IMG/VR virus record: IMGVR_UViG_3300009506_000050
Location: 1-50,361 of that record
Reading direction: 5' to 3' (one strand)
Length of the DNA: 50,361 bases
Source of the DNA: a virus
Taxonomy: Duplodnaviria; Caudoviricetes
Shown in pieces: positions 35,814 to 45,324 of this stretch. A model generated the notes under the pieces. It did no database searches and was not told where the DNA came from. It saw nothing but the letters and a program-made list of their open reading frames with translations. Every line of letters begins with the position of its first letter. The stretch's first letter is position 1. Position numbers and translations under genes: made by a program.

Positions 35814-36560
35814 TTAAGCGTTCTCAGCCTGCGAAGCAGTCTGGGTTCCGGTGGGGATAAGCCCCAGATCATGCAGGGTATCCCGTATGGTTTTGCCGGT
35901 CGAAAGAACCGTATCGAAATCAGAGGTGCCATCGTCAAAGACAAGCTTGTCCTCGTCGAATTTCGCCCCGGTGAAGAGCATGGGGCAATCCACGATGTCG
36001 CCTGCCACGAGGTCGGCGGCGGCGATGTCCTCGCCCATATAGATAGTGAGCGGGATTTCCGAGCCGTCCACGCCCGCGGCATCGAAAGGCACATTCTTGC
36101 CATTGGCGGTCACGGCCAAGGTAAAGAGATCGCCGACAATGAAGTCTGTCGCCCCGTCGGTTATGGTAAAGGCCAGCCCGGCGACAATGAAATCGGTTGC
36201 CCCACCGGCCCCCGGATTCATGGTAAGGCGCGGGGCGACAATGTTTCCGTTGGGGTCCGTGAGCTTGAAAACACCGCCATTGACCACGGCCTCGATGAGC
36301 TCCAGTTCCCATGTCCCGACTATGGGAGTCCCGCCGGCGGCGGCGGCCACGGCTGAGACCGTGCCATCTCCGGTGTTGCCGACATCAGCCGTCATGTCTG
36401 TGGGTATCGTGACTGGCTTCTTCGCCATGAGGGTATACTGTAAAAGCACTGTGGCCCTTGCGGCGTCCTGCTCGATAATGCCGTCATCCTCGCGGTAAGC
36501 GGGCTGCGTAAACAGTACGAAAGGCGTTGTGTCGTTATCCTGTCTTGCCTGTACGCCCAT
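35814..36560 (-). CDS. Head decoration protein (gpD-like, with inserted beta domain)
   Basis: GNTGDGT, F.ITDG.TDF.VGD.FT, DGSE.P; position before the capsid gene. Confidence 0.75.
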   Translation of the reverse strand: MGVQARQDNDTTPFVLFTQPAYREDDGIIEQDAARATVLLQYTLMAKKPVTIPTDMTADVGNTGDGTVSAVAAAAGGTPIVGTWELELIEAVVNGGVFKLTDPNGNIVAPRLTMNPGAGGATDFIVAGLAFTITDGATDFIVGDLFTLAVTANGKNVPFDAAGVDGSEIPLTIYMGEDIAAADLVAGDIVDCPMLFTGAKFDEDKLVFDDGTSDFDTVLSTGKTIRDTLHDLGLIPTGTQTASQAENA

Positions 36561-36562
36561 GA

Positions 36563-36946
36563 TTATACCCCCTCTCCAAGCCTTGCTTTGCGGGCCTCAA
36601 ACTCGGCCTGCTCTTTTGCGGCATCCCCGTCTTCGCCGCCGCCGGGGGTCTCGTCAGGCTGTTCGCTAGCTGCCGCGGCAGACTTGGCCTGCTCTTTCTG
36701 CATGTCGGCCATGGCGACAACGGCCTCGAATGCCTCGAAGCTCTTCTCGCCCTTGATGGCAAGAATGCCCATCTGCTTTACCGAAGGCGTGTACTCGTCA
36801 GAAGACATTATGGGAGTCACCTTTTCCACGATAGCCATAATGTCTTCCCTTCCTTTCTTCTCCCCTTCCTTCCGGGCCTCAACCAATGCGGTTTCATGCT
36901 CGGCCCTCGCAGTCGGGTTTCCGGCAAGTAGTTCTGCCAAAGACAT
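36563..36946 (-). CDS. Scaffolding protein (Nu3-like)
   Basis: SD AGGAGG before ATG 36946; MSL.ELLA.NP helical acidic protein; in frame with the protease. Confidence 0.7.
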   Translation of the reverse strand: MSLAELLAGNPTARAEHETALVEARKEGEKKGREDIMAIVEKVTPIMSSDEYTPSVKQMGILAIKGEKSFEAFEAVVAMADMQKEQAKSAAAASEQPDETPGGGEDGDAAKEQAEFEARKARLGEGV

Positions 36947-37000
36947 ATTTGTGTCCTCCTGTGGGTTCATTCCCGCACCTGCGGGGTTTTCTATGTGGTT

Positions 37001-38011
37001 TCATGTCCCGCCGCCGACAACGGCGGCGGCTTTCTTGCCTGAGGCGGGCTCGAATGTCTTGCCATTATTGCGCTTGCAGTGCTGCCTGGCCTGATCCGCT
37101 GTCCATTCCGTCTTCGGATACCTGAAGGCCTGCGTGGTAGTGGTGGTCTTTCCTTTAAGCCGCCCGATAATGATATTGAGCGTCTTGCCGTCGGCCTTGC
37201 GGCTTATGCGCCTGAAACTGTTTTTCTGAAACTCTCCGGGCTCCCTTACGCGGCAGGCATGCTCATTGGGATAGGGGGCCTCGGGATTCGTGGTCTCTGC
37301 GGCTTCATACTCTTCGATGGTGTACGCATTAGGATTGCTCCAGTGTTCTGCTTTGGAGGTATCCCCGAGAAGAAGAGACATGCTATCAAGATAAGCGACT
37401 GCCCTTTCGAGATCGCTGTTAGCCACATCGCTTTCGCGCATGCGGGCGAAGCAGGAATCTATCATGCCTCGTGCCTTGATGATTGCGCTTTCCCTGTCCT
37501 CTCCATCATCTTCCTTGTCAGGCGCCTCTATCAATTCATCAATGAATCCCTCATGAAGCATTTCATCGCCGAAAAGGAAAGTCTCGTCATCCATGAGAGA
37601 CTTTACCTCTTCCATTGTCTTTCCGGTCTTTTTTGAATAGGCCTTTGCCAGAATGTTCGAAAGACTTTCGAGGATGCCGGCGACTTTCCGCATATCGTTA
37701 TGGTTGCCGATAGCGAGCGCGAGCGCATTATGTATCATGAATGTCGCATTGTCATAAGCCGAAACCTTGTCGGCGGCCAGTACGATATAAGACATCATTG
37801 AAGCGGCAAGGCCGGTGATGCGGGCTTCGGTTCTGCCCGGATATTCGCGGATAGCATTGTAAATCTCTATGCCTTCATAAACAATACCGCCGGGTGAATT
37901 GACATGGAATTCGACATCCCCTCCCTTTGCTTCCTTCAGGGCCGCCCGTATGTCTTTCGCCCGGATTTCCCATCCGACCGGTCCGCTTAAGACGATTATC
38001 TTAGGCATCAC
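37001..38011 (-). CDS. ClpP-type head maturation protease
   Basis: VNSPGG.V.EG..IYN, GLAASM.S, FMIHN, LMDDETFL...E....GFID. Confidence 0.92.
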   Translation of the reverse strand: MMPKIIVLSGPVGWEIRAKDIRAALKEAKGGDVEFHVNSPGGIVYEGIEIYNAIREYPGRTEARITGLAASMMSYIVLAADKVSAYDNATFMIHNALALAIGNHNDMRKVAGILESLSNILAKAYSKKTGKTMEEVKSLMDDETFLFGDEMLHEGFIDELIEAPDKEDDGEDRESAIIKARGMIDSCFARMRESDVANSDLERAVAYLDSMSLLLGDTSKAEHWSNPNAYTIEEYEAAETTNPEAPYPNEHACRVREPGEFQKNSFRRISRKADGKTLNIIIGRLKGKTTTTTQAFRYPKTEWTADQARQHCKRNNGKTFEPASGKKAAAVVGGGT

Positions 38012-38091
38012 TATACCCCCTTATCCCATGCTGTATTGTTCATATTTCATATATATTGCAATATTCCCGATGCTTTGTCAAGCCCTCAATT

Positions 38092-38418
38092 CTATTTCGA
38101 CAAGACCTGTATTTGTGTCCCTCGGGCCGGCTTGAAGGTGTCGATATTTCCTCCGCCGTCTTCCCTTTCTATCCAGTAGAAACCATCAAATGGATCCGCC
38201 GGCATTGTCAGGACGAACTCGAATCTGCCGTTTGCTTCATCCGTGATAGTGGCTTCCACGGGATCAATAGTATAAGAGGCATCCCCAGGTTCGTCCTTTG
38301 CATAGAATCTGAATATTAGGCCGGTTATGTCTTTCGGGGTTATCCCATCTGCCTCTCTTAATTGACATTTAAGGGTTTTCTTGTCATTGATATTGAATTC
38401 AAGTTTCGGCAAAGCCAT
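38092..38418 (-). CDS. BppU/Ig-like virion protein
   Basis: DG.P.DITG...F......TI.....ITD..NG.F.F.LT pattern. Confidence 0.55.
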   Translation of the reverse strand: MALPKLEFNINDKKTLKCQLREADGITPKDITGLIFRFYAKDEPGDASYTIDPVEATITDEANGRFEFVLTMPADPFDGFYWIEREDGGGNIDTFKPARGTQIQVLSK

Positions 38419-38544
38419 TTATTCGCACCCCTCTATTATGATTATGTCTTCGTCTTCGACAATGATCTCTTCGGAGGTTTCGAAAGTAGCAAGAACCCTG
38501 TCATCCGTGTAAATTGTTCCGAACCCGTTTGTCATGCCTATCAT
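38419..38544 (-). CDS. Small acidic ORF (not in the ORF track)
   Basis: MIGMTNGFG...EEIIVEDEDIIIEGCE fills the gap with coupled ends. Confidence 0.45.
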   Translation of the reverse strand: MIGMTNGFGTIYTDDRVLATFETSEEIIVEDEDIIIIEGCE

Positions 38545-38966
38545 TGCGGAGACCTCGCTTTATATGCCCCTATTGATTCGGATGTCTTCACAAGGTCGAA
38601 TGTCACAAGAACAGTCACACCATCCCTGCGCTTCAGGGTCAATGTGTCTGTGGTTGGGTCAAGCTCCTGGCTGCCTTTTATTATCACATCAAGAATATCC
38701 GTCATCCCAAAATCATCAGGAGTAATATCAACAGGAATATACCTGTCAGCATTGCTTGTCAAAGCAGCGCCGCCATCAATAACACCAGTAAGATCTTCAG
38801 ATATATCAGGTTGCGTGAATTTATACCATCCGCCTCCAATCTCTGATATTGCGGGTTGCGGAAGATAATCAGTCCCATCACTTGCCTTTTTCAGATTATC
38901 CCATACAGGCGTCAATCCGGTTGCCGGTTGTCCGCTATCCGAAATATATATTTTCTGCAATGGCAT
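38541..38966 (-). CDS. Putative virion structural protein
   Basis: G.PATGLTP, ISEIGGGWYKF, TLK..DG.T.L.TFDL. Confidence 0.6.
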   Translation of the reverse strand: MPLQKIYISDSGQPATGLTPVWDNLKKASDGTDYLPQPAISEIGGGWYKFTQPDISEDLTGVIDGGAALTSNADRYIPVDITPDDFGMTDILDVIIKGSQELDPTTDTLTLKRRDGVTVLVTFDLVKTSESIGAYKARSPQ

Positions 38967-39679
38967 TATCTAAAACCGCCTTTCGTAAAATTGCGGGCAT
39001 GATTGGAACCCACTGATCTGAATCCCTGCTTAACAGCTAAAGGCCTCGCCTGTTTTGAGCGTGATTTGAACTCTCTGCCCACATCTATATTTTCAAAATA
39101 CCATGAGGCCTCATTGTTGGAAAGCCCTATATCATATGAACTTCCCTGCACCACATGCATGGGATAATCAGAACCTATAGGGGCAGTAAAACTCATGGAA
39201 GCCACAAGAGTATCATCTGATACTTTATACATATCCAGTATATAGGTAGTTCCAACTCGTATCCACGAATAATAATGTTCTGTGTCAAATGCAAATTGGA
39301 CATAAGAAGAGTACCCTTTAAGCACTCCATTATCTCTCAAGATAATAATGCATCTGCAAGGTGATCCAACTGTATCAGAGAACAATGTAAATATCTTTGC
39401 TCCAGGACCGGCTCCATTAAGGACTCCGGCATTCCCCACCTTATCAGCTATAGTAAATGCCATGCCATTGGCTAGATTAATCTCCGCAGTTACCGCAAAG
39501 GTAAACATATTGGGTCGGTTAATGTCTCCTGCAAAGTAACCTACCGGAAGCGCCAAATAATGACGTTCATCTTCGTCCCTGTCAACAGAAGGAAACGTCA
39601 TGCGAGAAGCATTGACTTGAATCTTGCCATTCTCGCTAACCGTTGTCCAATCTACAGAGAGAAGGTTTTCAATAGCCAT
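38966..39679 (-). CDS. Beta-rich (lectin/ConA-like) hypothetical protein
   Basis: Aromatic, beta-strand-rich sequence; lower GC. Confidence 0.55.
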   Translation of the reverse strand: MAIENLLSVDWTTVSENGKIQVNASRMTFPSVDRDEDERHYLALPVGYFAGDINRPNMFTFAVTAEINLANGMAFTIADKVGNAGVLNGAGPGAKIFTLFSDTVGSPCRCIIILRDNGVLKGYSSYVQFAFDTEHYYSWIRVGTTYILDMYKVSDDTLVASMSFTAPIGSDYPMHVVQGSSYDIGLSNNEASWYFENIDVGREFKSRSKQARPLAVKQGFRSVGSNHARNFTKGGFR

Positions 39680-39682
39680 TGG

Positions 39683-40147
39683 CTATATATCCTTCAGACT
39701 GATAAACATGTCCCAAAATGTCCCCCGCCTTGCCTGATTCTCGGCTTCATATATCGCCCACTCTATAGGATCGCTTATGTTCTCGGCATCCTGCCCATTC
39801 CATAAACCCCGAAGGCCGAGGCTATGCACTAGACGAGAAGCTTCATTGTTGGGATTAAGGCCAGTAGGAAGCACAATCTTGCCATCAACGATGGCACCGA
39901 GATCTATCAGAAAAGGCGGAGGTCCTGTCTCGGGCTCCTGTCTGTTAAAGCCAAGGTTTCTCTGAAAGTTAAGAGCCTCAATAATGCGAAGTCTTCGGGG
40001 ATAAAATTCCATTTCTTTCCACTCTATCCATGCCTCCGGCGATAGCGTACGGAGCTTCGCATTATGTTCAAGGCGCATTAACTCTTCTGCCCTGAGACAA
40101 AAGGACATGCGCTGTCCTACATTTCTGCATGATTTCGGGTATTCCAT
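39683..40147 (-). CDS. Hypothetical protein
   Basis: TAATG coupling with the holin stop. Confidence 0.55.
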   Translation of the reverse strand: MEYPKSCRNVGQRMSFCLRAEELMRLEHNAKLRTLSPEAWIEWKEMEFYPRRLRIIEALNFQRNLGFNRQEPETGPPPFLIDLGAIVDGKIVLPTGLNPNNEASRLVHSLGLRGLWNGQDAENISDPIEWAIYEAENQARRGTFWDMFISLKDI

Positions 40148-40602
40148 TAAGATCCGCTCTTCCATGAGCGTACCAGGGCCGCGCTGAAATAGAATGTCGC
40201 TGCCGCAAGGATGACAGGCCACCATATCTTCAAGAGAGACAATGCAAACATTGCAACGGCGACAAGATCGTCTTTAAGAGATGGAAAGAAAACGGCAAGC
40301 GTCCTGAAGAAAAGAGCATATACTGTCAGGAAACCTCCGAGAGCAAAGGAACCCCATGCAAGATATCTTCGCGAAAGGGACCTTGCACTCGATTCGTTCT
40401 GTGACATCTCTATATGCTTCAGGGCGATCTCGCTATACTTCAGCTTTACCTCTGCAGCCTTCGCAGCATCATGGGCCTTTTCTTCCGCCGTATACCAAAT
40501 GGCATCGATGCCTTTTGCCCCCATCCTCACGACATCAGCGGCAGTATCGACGGCCTTTGAACTGCTCTTGAATATGTCGAGAAAGTCTCCTATCATTCCC
40601 AT
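40147..40602 (-). CDS. Holin-like membrane protein (GTA 3TM-like)
   Basis: ID..WYT.EEKA, SRRYLAW, two C-terminal hydrophobic helices; follows the endolysin. Confidence 0.7.
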   Translation of the reverse strand: MGMIGDFLDIFKSSSKAVDTAADVVRMGAKGIDAIWYTAEEKAHDAAKAAEVKLKYSEIALKHIEMSQNESSARSLSRRYLAWGSFALGGFLTVYALFFRTLAVFFPSLKDDLVAVAMFALSLLKIWWPVILAAATFYFSAALVRSWKSGS

Positions 40603-40605
40603 GAT

Positions 40606-41187
40606 TTATCCCTTCATTATCCTTTCTATGTTTCGCCAGCGTCTCTTCACGTCATCCGGACGCTTGCGGCCCCATAGGGTATGCTCAATCTTGAAATCAA
40701 GGATATCCTTCGGGACTATTGGCCGCTCCTGTGCCTGAAGCCATTCGTGAAGAGCTCCGCCCGGGGTTAGATAGAACTGGTTATGGTAATCAACAATATG
40801 CACCATAACACTGTCATTCTCAAGTCTGATTCCACCGTTGTCCTCAATGACCCTGATGCAATGCTCGACGGAATGGCTGATGTGAAGCCTGTCATGATAA
40901 TCTATTACATCTCCATGAGCGCGGAGTTTTGCGTTAAGATGGCTTATATCACCGGATTGCTCTATGACCATGACTGCTTCAGCGACGGTGAATCCGCATT
41001 CCTGGAGGCAGAGGATGGCCTGCCAGTTATTGCGGGTATCGAACTGGACACGTCCGAAGGACCATCCGGATTTGCCATTTCTCACTCCATCGGGATCAGA
41101 GAATCGGTAAACAAGTTCCGGATTGCCTCCGACCTCATTGAAGGTAACGGCTTCCATCGCCTTTGATGTAATGAATTCCTTATTCAT
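40606..41187 (-). CDS. Putative endolysin (lysozyme-like fold)
   Basis: N-terminal Glu (FNEVGG), SGWSFGRVQFD hairpin motif, DYHNQ, terminal RRW; flanked by membrane proteins. Confidence 0.65.
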   Translation of the reverse strand: MNKEFITSKAMEAVTFNEVGGNPELVYRFSDPDGVRNGKSGWSFGRVQFDTRNNWQAILCLQECGFTVAEAVMVIEQSGDISHLNAKLRAHGDVIDYHDRLHISHSVEHCIRVIEDNGGIRLENDSVMVHIVDYHNQFYLTPGGALHEWLQAQERPIVPKDILDFKIEHTLWGRKRPDDVKRRWRNIERIMKG

Positions 41188-41200
41188 GCCTGTCCTTTCT

Positions 41201-41665
41201 TTAGCTGCCCATAGATTCCATCGCAGCCGGCTTCTTGTTTTTATCCTTCAGGTAATCATCAAATCGCATATGAAGACCCACAACATCATTTCGGACCTCT
41301 CCCTTGAAGTCCTTTATATCCTTTCGAACATCATCCTTGAAGTCCTTGATATTTGTCCGCATATCCTCTTTAAGATCAGCATATCCGGACCGCATGACCT
41401 GCATCATTTCTTCATCCCTAAGATGCCTGTCTTCGCGGAGAGACTGCATCATCTTTTCATCTCTCTGCCGTCTCTCTTCATTACAGTCCTTGCAGCTTTC
41501 AGCGGTTATCAATTCAGATGTAGGAGTTTCCCTGCGTGATGCATCGCGGACAATGAATCTCTTTATGAGCCATATGAAAAACGCGAAAATGGATCCTCCG
41601 ACCCCTAGAAAAAGGAAGTTTATGGCAGCACTAACAATGTATGCCAGTATCTGATCGCTCGTCAT
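41201..41665 (-). CDS. Membrane-anchored coiled-coil lysis-associated protein
   Basis: N-terminal TM helix, IKDFK.DVR repeats, H.RFD. Confidence 0.6.
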   Translation of the reverse strand: MTSDQILAYIVSAAINFLFLGVGGSIFAFFIWLIKRFIVRDASRRETPTSELITAESCKDCNEERRQRDEKMMQSLREDRHLRDEEMMQVMRSGYADLKEDMRTNIKDFKDDVRKDIKDFKGEVRNDVVGLHMRFDDYLKDKNKKPAAMESMGS

Positions 41666-41840
41666 TCAAGGGATATTCCTTTCTTTTTATCAGGCATATG
41701 TGACATCTTTCATCGCTATATGCCGGGCCGTCCTTGTGACCATAACTACATAACCTGCATTTGCGCTTTTGCTTGTCATCCTCAAGGGCGGTTATCTGAA
41801 GCCTCCCGAATTCCTCTGCTGAAAGAGATGTCTGCATCAA
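41631..41840 (-). CDS. Small Cys-rich protein
   Basis: CRLC...CHIC. Confidence 0.45.
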   Translation of the reverse strand: MMQTSLSAEEFGRLQITALEDDKQKRKCRLCSYGHKDGPAYSDERCHICLIKRKEYPLNDERSDTGIHC

Positions 41841-42412
41841 GAAGGTACCTCGAAATAATCAAGCTTCAGGCCCAGAATGGCGGAGGCCGTATTATCTGTA
41901 TTGGTTATTCTGAAAAGATATTTCTGTGCGGGGTCAAGTTCGCATACAACGGTTTCTGCCGCATTCGCCCCGGAAGAACCGGCCACGCCCGCCCCGTCAG
42001 AAGGTATCAGGAGCTCGCCTATCAAATCAGTCCCCGGCACGACTCCAGTGGGGCTTATCCTGAAAATCACTTCGCCCGGAGTGGTAATGGTATGCTTCTT
42101 ATTCGGCGGGTTTACGAGGGTGCCGTCATTATTGGCAGTGGCCCCGCGATAGACATTAATGGTTATAGGGCCCCCTATGCCGTCAAGCCCGATGGGAAGC
42201 AAAACCAGATTGCTCCCCGTGAAAGCAGTTGGATCGAGGATGATATCGATTGTCTGTGAAGCGGCGAGATTTATCCGTCGGCAGAGGCCGTATGCTATGC
42301 CTTCAACGACTTTAGCGTTTTCTATTGTGAGACACACAAAAGCCTTAAAGGGGCTGAAAGCCGCGGCAATGGCCCTGAGGACTCCCCCGCCTATTGTCTG
42401 TTTTTTCGCCAT
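41837..42412 (-). CDS. Putative virion protein
   Basis: Gly/beta-rich; KYLFRITN..L.L.YFE C-terminus. Confidence 0.6.
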   Translation of the reverse strand: MAKKQTIGGGVLRAIAAAFSPFKAFVCLTIENAKVVEGIAYGLCRRINLAASQTIDIILDPTAFTGSNLVLLPIGLDGIGGPITINVYRGATANNDGTLVNPPNKKHTITTPGEVIFRISPTGVVPGTDLIGELLIPSDGAGVAGSSGANAAETVVCELDPAQKYLFRITNTDNTASAILGLKLDYFEVPS

Positions 42413-42903
42413 CAGATTATTAACCCCACATAATCCATATAGCTGTTATGGGCTGCATTGCCCGCTACCGGATGATAAAATCTTATCTTGACATTCCCAG
42501 ACGCATCTATGAAATCATGGGAGTTGGGAGGGATATCTGTATATCTGTAATTCTGGCCCAAAGCGTTAGGAAAGGTATGTATAACCTTCCATGTCTCGGA
42601 AACAGTATCCCATATGGCAAGTTCTACCCAATGAGTAGCAGAGCCCATATACGCCATGGCAATCCCGATACGCCGGAAACTCCGGACATTCTCGAAAGTT
42701 ACTTCTATATTCTGGCCGGGTGTCGCGGCTTCTTCCTGGATCTGAAGAATATTGCCGTCCTGCCATTCCTGTATATCGGCGACTGTGCCGCCGCCGATTA
42801 CGGTGCCGACAATGACATTAATGCTCGAAGGGGCAATGTGTATCTCGGGGAAATTTATTCCCGGGCCTACTTTTTCGCCTGGCCTCTTCTTTTGTCCGAT
42901 CAT
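42412..42903 (-). CDS. Putative virion beta-sandwich protein
   Basis: FID.SGNVKIRF.H...G...H...DY pattern. Confidence 0.6.
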   Translation of the reverse strand: MIGQKKRPGEKVGPGINFPEIHIAPSSINVIVGTVIGGGTVADIQEWQDGNILQIQEEAATPGQNIEVTFENVRSFRRIGIAMAYMGSATHWVELAIWDTVSETWKVIHTFPNALGQNYRYTDIPPNSHDFIDASGNVKIRFYHPVAGNAAHNSYMDYVGLII

Positions 42904-43181
42904 GCATCGACCCTTACTTCGCCGGCTTCTGGACCGTCAAGCCAGAGATAAACGTCTATGAGTTCGGAAGAACTGATTTCGGCAGTATCGCCATCAAGGA
43001 AAATTCTTCCGCCCCTGAAGTCAGCCTTTACAGGCGCGGCATCTCCGGTGGGCACATATGTTGCAAGCCACGTTGCGCCAGCCCCTCCGTTCACTGTCTT
43101 GTGTATCTGGCCGACCGAAACGGCTGTTGCGACCTTGACGGCCTCGCCTGCCGGTACATCAACAAATACTGGTGCTGGCAT
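42900..43181 (-). CDS. Small virion protein
   Basis: SD GGAGG; directly after the portal. Confidence 0.6.
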   Translation of the reverse strand: MPAPVFVDVPAGEAVKVATAVSVGQIHKTVNGGAGATWLATYVPTGDAAPVKADFRGGRIFLDGDTAEISSSELIDVYLWLDGPEAGEVRVDA

Positions 43182-43182
43182 T

Positions 43183-44925
43183 TTATGTATCCTCCCTGCG
43201 GATTTCTATTTCGTCCACAACAGCTTCGGCCAGGGCCTGAGCGCTTCCACCACCAGCACCTCCACCGCCTGATTTTTGCCAGGGCGGCGGCACGGGTTCG
43301 CCATACTCATGCTCTAGCTGTGTCCTGTTAGTTTCGGCATCGCTGCCGTTAAGATCGCTCGCCTCGCGCTCCTGAGTAGTAAGGCCGAGGCTGAGATTTT
43401 CTCTCCGGGCCTTGGCCGTCTTTATCGGATCTATATCAGGCATTGCCGCGCCCTTCCAGTTGCCATGCAGCCATGCGGCCCTGAGGACCGGGTCGGACCA
43501 TCCGGGGGCCTGTATGCGTCCGGCGGCTATCTCGCCGGAAAGCCACATTTCAAAAACCGGGTCGCCGTCATCAGCCGCCCATTCGGCCCGCCAGATATTC
43601 ACTATTCTCCAGAAGAGAATGAGAGTGCCGCGACTCGCGGAATAATTCTGATTGAAACGCATCAGGACAACCTCAAGAGGCACACCGGCGGCGGCCCCGA
43701 GGTAATACATGAAGGCGTCCACAAATTTGTCGAAGGAATCAACAGGCGCATTGGGCTGGAAGGGCTTGATAACGTCGCCCTGGCCGGCATTCAGTATCGC
43801 ATGGCTACCGGGCTGATCAGAAGTAATCTCGGGCACCTGATAGCATCTAACAGGCTCTACCGCTACATTCTGGGCCGTGCTGTCCGGCTCCGGATTGGTA
43901 CCAAATTGCCCCGCGGCGGCGCCCTGCCCAAAAGCGGTTAATTGTCCCGCGAAAATATTCGAAGGGTCGAATTCCCTGTTCTCGACCGACATGAAGATCA
44001 TGGACTGGTTGATTGCCTTTTTCAGATGCGCCATTTTGAAATCTGTTATGTTCTCGAGCGACTGAAGGGCAAAACCTATGCGGGAATAGCCTCGGCCCTG
44101 GCCGGCATATTCAGGCCTGAATCCATGGAGCATGAAGAGGCGTCCGGACTTGGGGCCCTTGCGCTGTACTGTGACAGTCTTGAAACCGCCGTTGCCGTCC
44201 CTGACATAGACAACATAACCGGTTTCCCTGTTACGCTCGTCGCGGATAATACCGTCATAGATATTTTCCATATACTCGCCATAAGTCCCGCTCAAGCCGA
44301 GCCCGACTATCTGGTCCGGGTCCACGAAATCCCATTGGAGCGGATTTTGAAGGAATTTTTCAGTGGAGTAATAAAGGCGGCGAAAAATGTCATTGTCCCT
44401 ATGCTGAAAAATCTGATAAAGATGCTGTGACTGATAGAACGTCATGTTCTCGGCGCGATGCGTTTTCTTGTCCCTGGCCCAGAGATCGAAACGGGTATCT
44501 ACATCACGGCCCCATTCGCGGGCCCTCTCTGACGTTATTCCAAGTATGGAAGCCCTCGGGCTTGATTCCCTGACAAGGGCAACGTCCGCCACGCTATCCG
44601 CAGTGCGGTCGATAATGGCCCGGGCCTGAGGGCTGTCATGATAGGCATCACGCGCATTGGTGCGCATGCGTTGATGATTAATGACTCTGGACTTTCCATA
44701 ATTCGAAAGCCCATAAGGCCATCCGGCGCCCCCGCTTCGGTATCCCTCGTAATATGAACCGCCCCCGCCATGATATGCGACTGGGCGAGACCCGCGGCTC
44801 ATAATGTCCAGTTGATGAAGGGTTGCTTTCATGGTAGCATCCCTGATTTCCTTGTTTCGGTCAAGGATTGCATTCGCGAAATCTCGAGCGAATATTTCAG
44901 AACGTGATGGTCGATTCCCTGCCAT
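43183..44925 (-). CDS. Portal protein (lambda family)
   Basis: R..AR....DS, DGI..D...R..GY, GQ.RG, NYSASRG, IDP.K..KA. Confidence 0.92.
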   Translation of the reverse strand: MAGNRPSRSEIFARDFANAILDRNKEIRDATMKATLHQLDIMSRGSRPVAYHGGGGSYYEGYRSGGAGWPYGLSNYGKSRVINHQRMRTNARDAYHDSPQARAIIDRTADSVADVALVRESSPRASILGITSERAREWGRDVDTRFDLWARDKKTHRAENMTFYQSQHLYQIFQHRDNDIFRRLYYSTEKFLQNPLQWDFVDPDQIVGLGLSGTYGEYMENIYDGIIRDERNRETGYVVYVRDGNGGFKTVTVQRKGPKSGRLFMLHGFRPEYAGQGRGYSRIGFALQSLENITDFKMAHLKKAINQSMIFMSVENREFDPSNIFAGQLTAFGQGAAAGQFGTNPEPDSTAQNVAVEPVRCYQVPEITSDQPGSHAILNAGQGDVIKPFQPNAPVDSFDKFVDAFMYYLGAAAGVPLEVVLMRFNQNYSASRGTLILFWRIVNIWRAEWAADDGDPVFEMWLSGEIAAGRIQAPGWSDPVLRAAWLHGNWKGAAMPDIDPIKTAKARRENLSLGLTTQEREASDLNGSDAETNRTQLEHEYGEPVPPPWQKSGGGGAGGGSAQALAEAVVDEIEIRREDT

Positions 44926-45203
44926 TAATCATTTTTCCTTCGAAGAGTCATATTCGCGATTCCGGTTCCATTGAGGATATGCTGGTATCTGAGAATGCGG
45001 GCTTCGAGGCGTTTCTGTACCTTTTCCATGGCTTCCATGCTCCGGTACTTCATGACCTGTTTTCCCTCTCCTGTATCAAGGCTTGCCATTTCTACATGAA
45101 GGGTATTGTTTATGATAGCGTCATCAATGGCGTCCAGTTGGGCTTGAAGGGCGGTTATCCGTTCCTGATACCAGGCCTTTTGTGTGGAGGTCAGGCAACT
45201 CAT
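44925..45203 (-). CDS. Head completion protein (gpW-like)
   Basis: L..L.AI..AI...SLDTG.G.Q...Y.S...L; before the portal; start reassigned to ATG 45203. Confidence 0.7.
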   Translation of the reverse strand: MSCLTSTQKAWYQERITALQAQLDAIDDAIINNTLHVEMASLDTGEGKQVMKYRSMEAMEKVQKRLEARILRYQHILNGTGIANMTLRRKND

Positions 45204-45239
45204 GCTGTGATAATAAAGAAAAAATTTGTCCTTTGTCAA
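45204..45239 (-). promoter_or_regulatory. Promoter TTGACA-18-TATTAT, 6 nt before ATG (leaderless)
   Basis: TTGACA 45239-45234, TATTAT 45215-45210, ATG 45203. Confidence 0.6.
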
Positions 45240-45324
45240 TTTTTTTCTTGTGCAAAATCACTATTTTAGGCATATATTGTTGATTTTATTGATTATTTTA
45301 TTTTAAGCCCCATGCACTTTTTAC

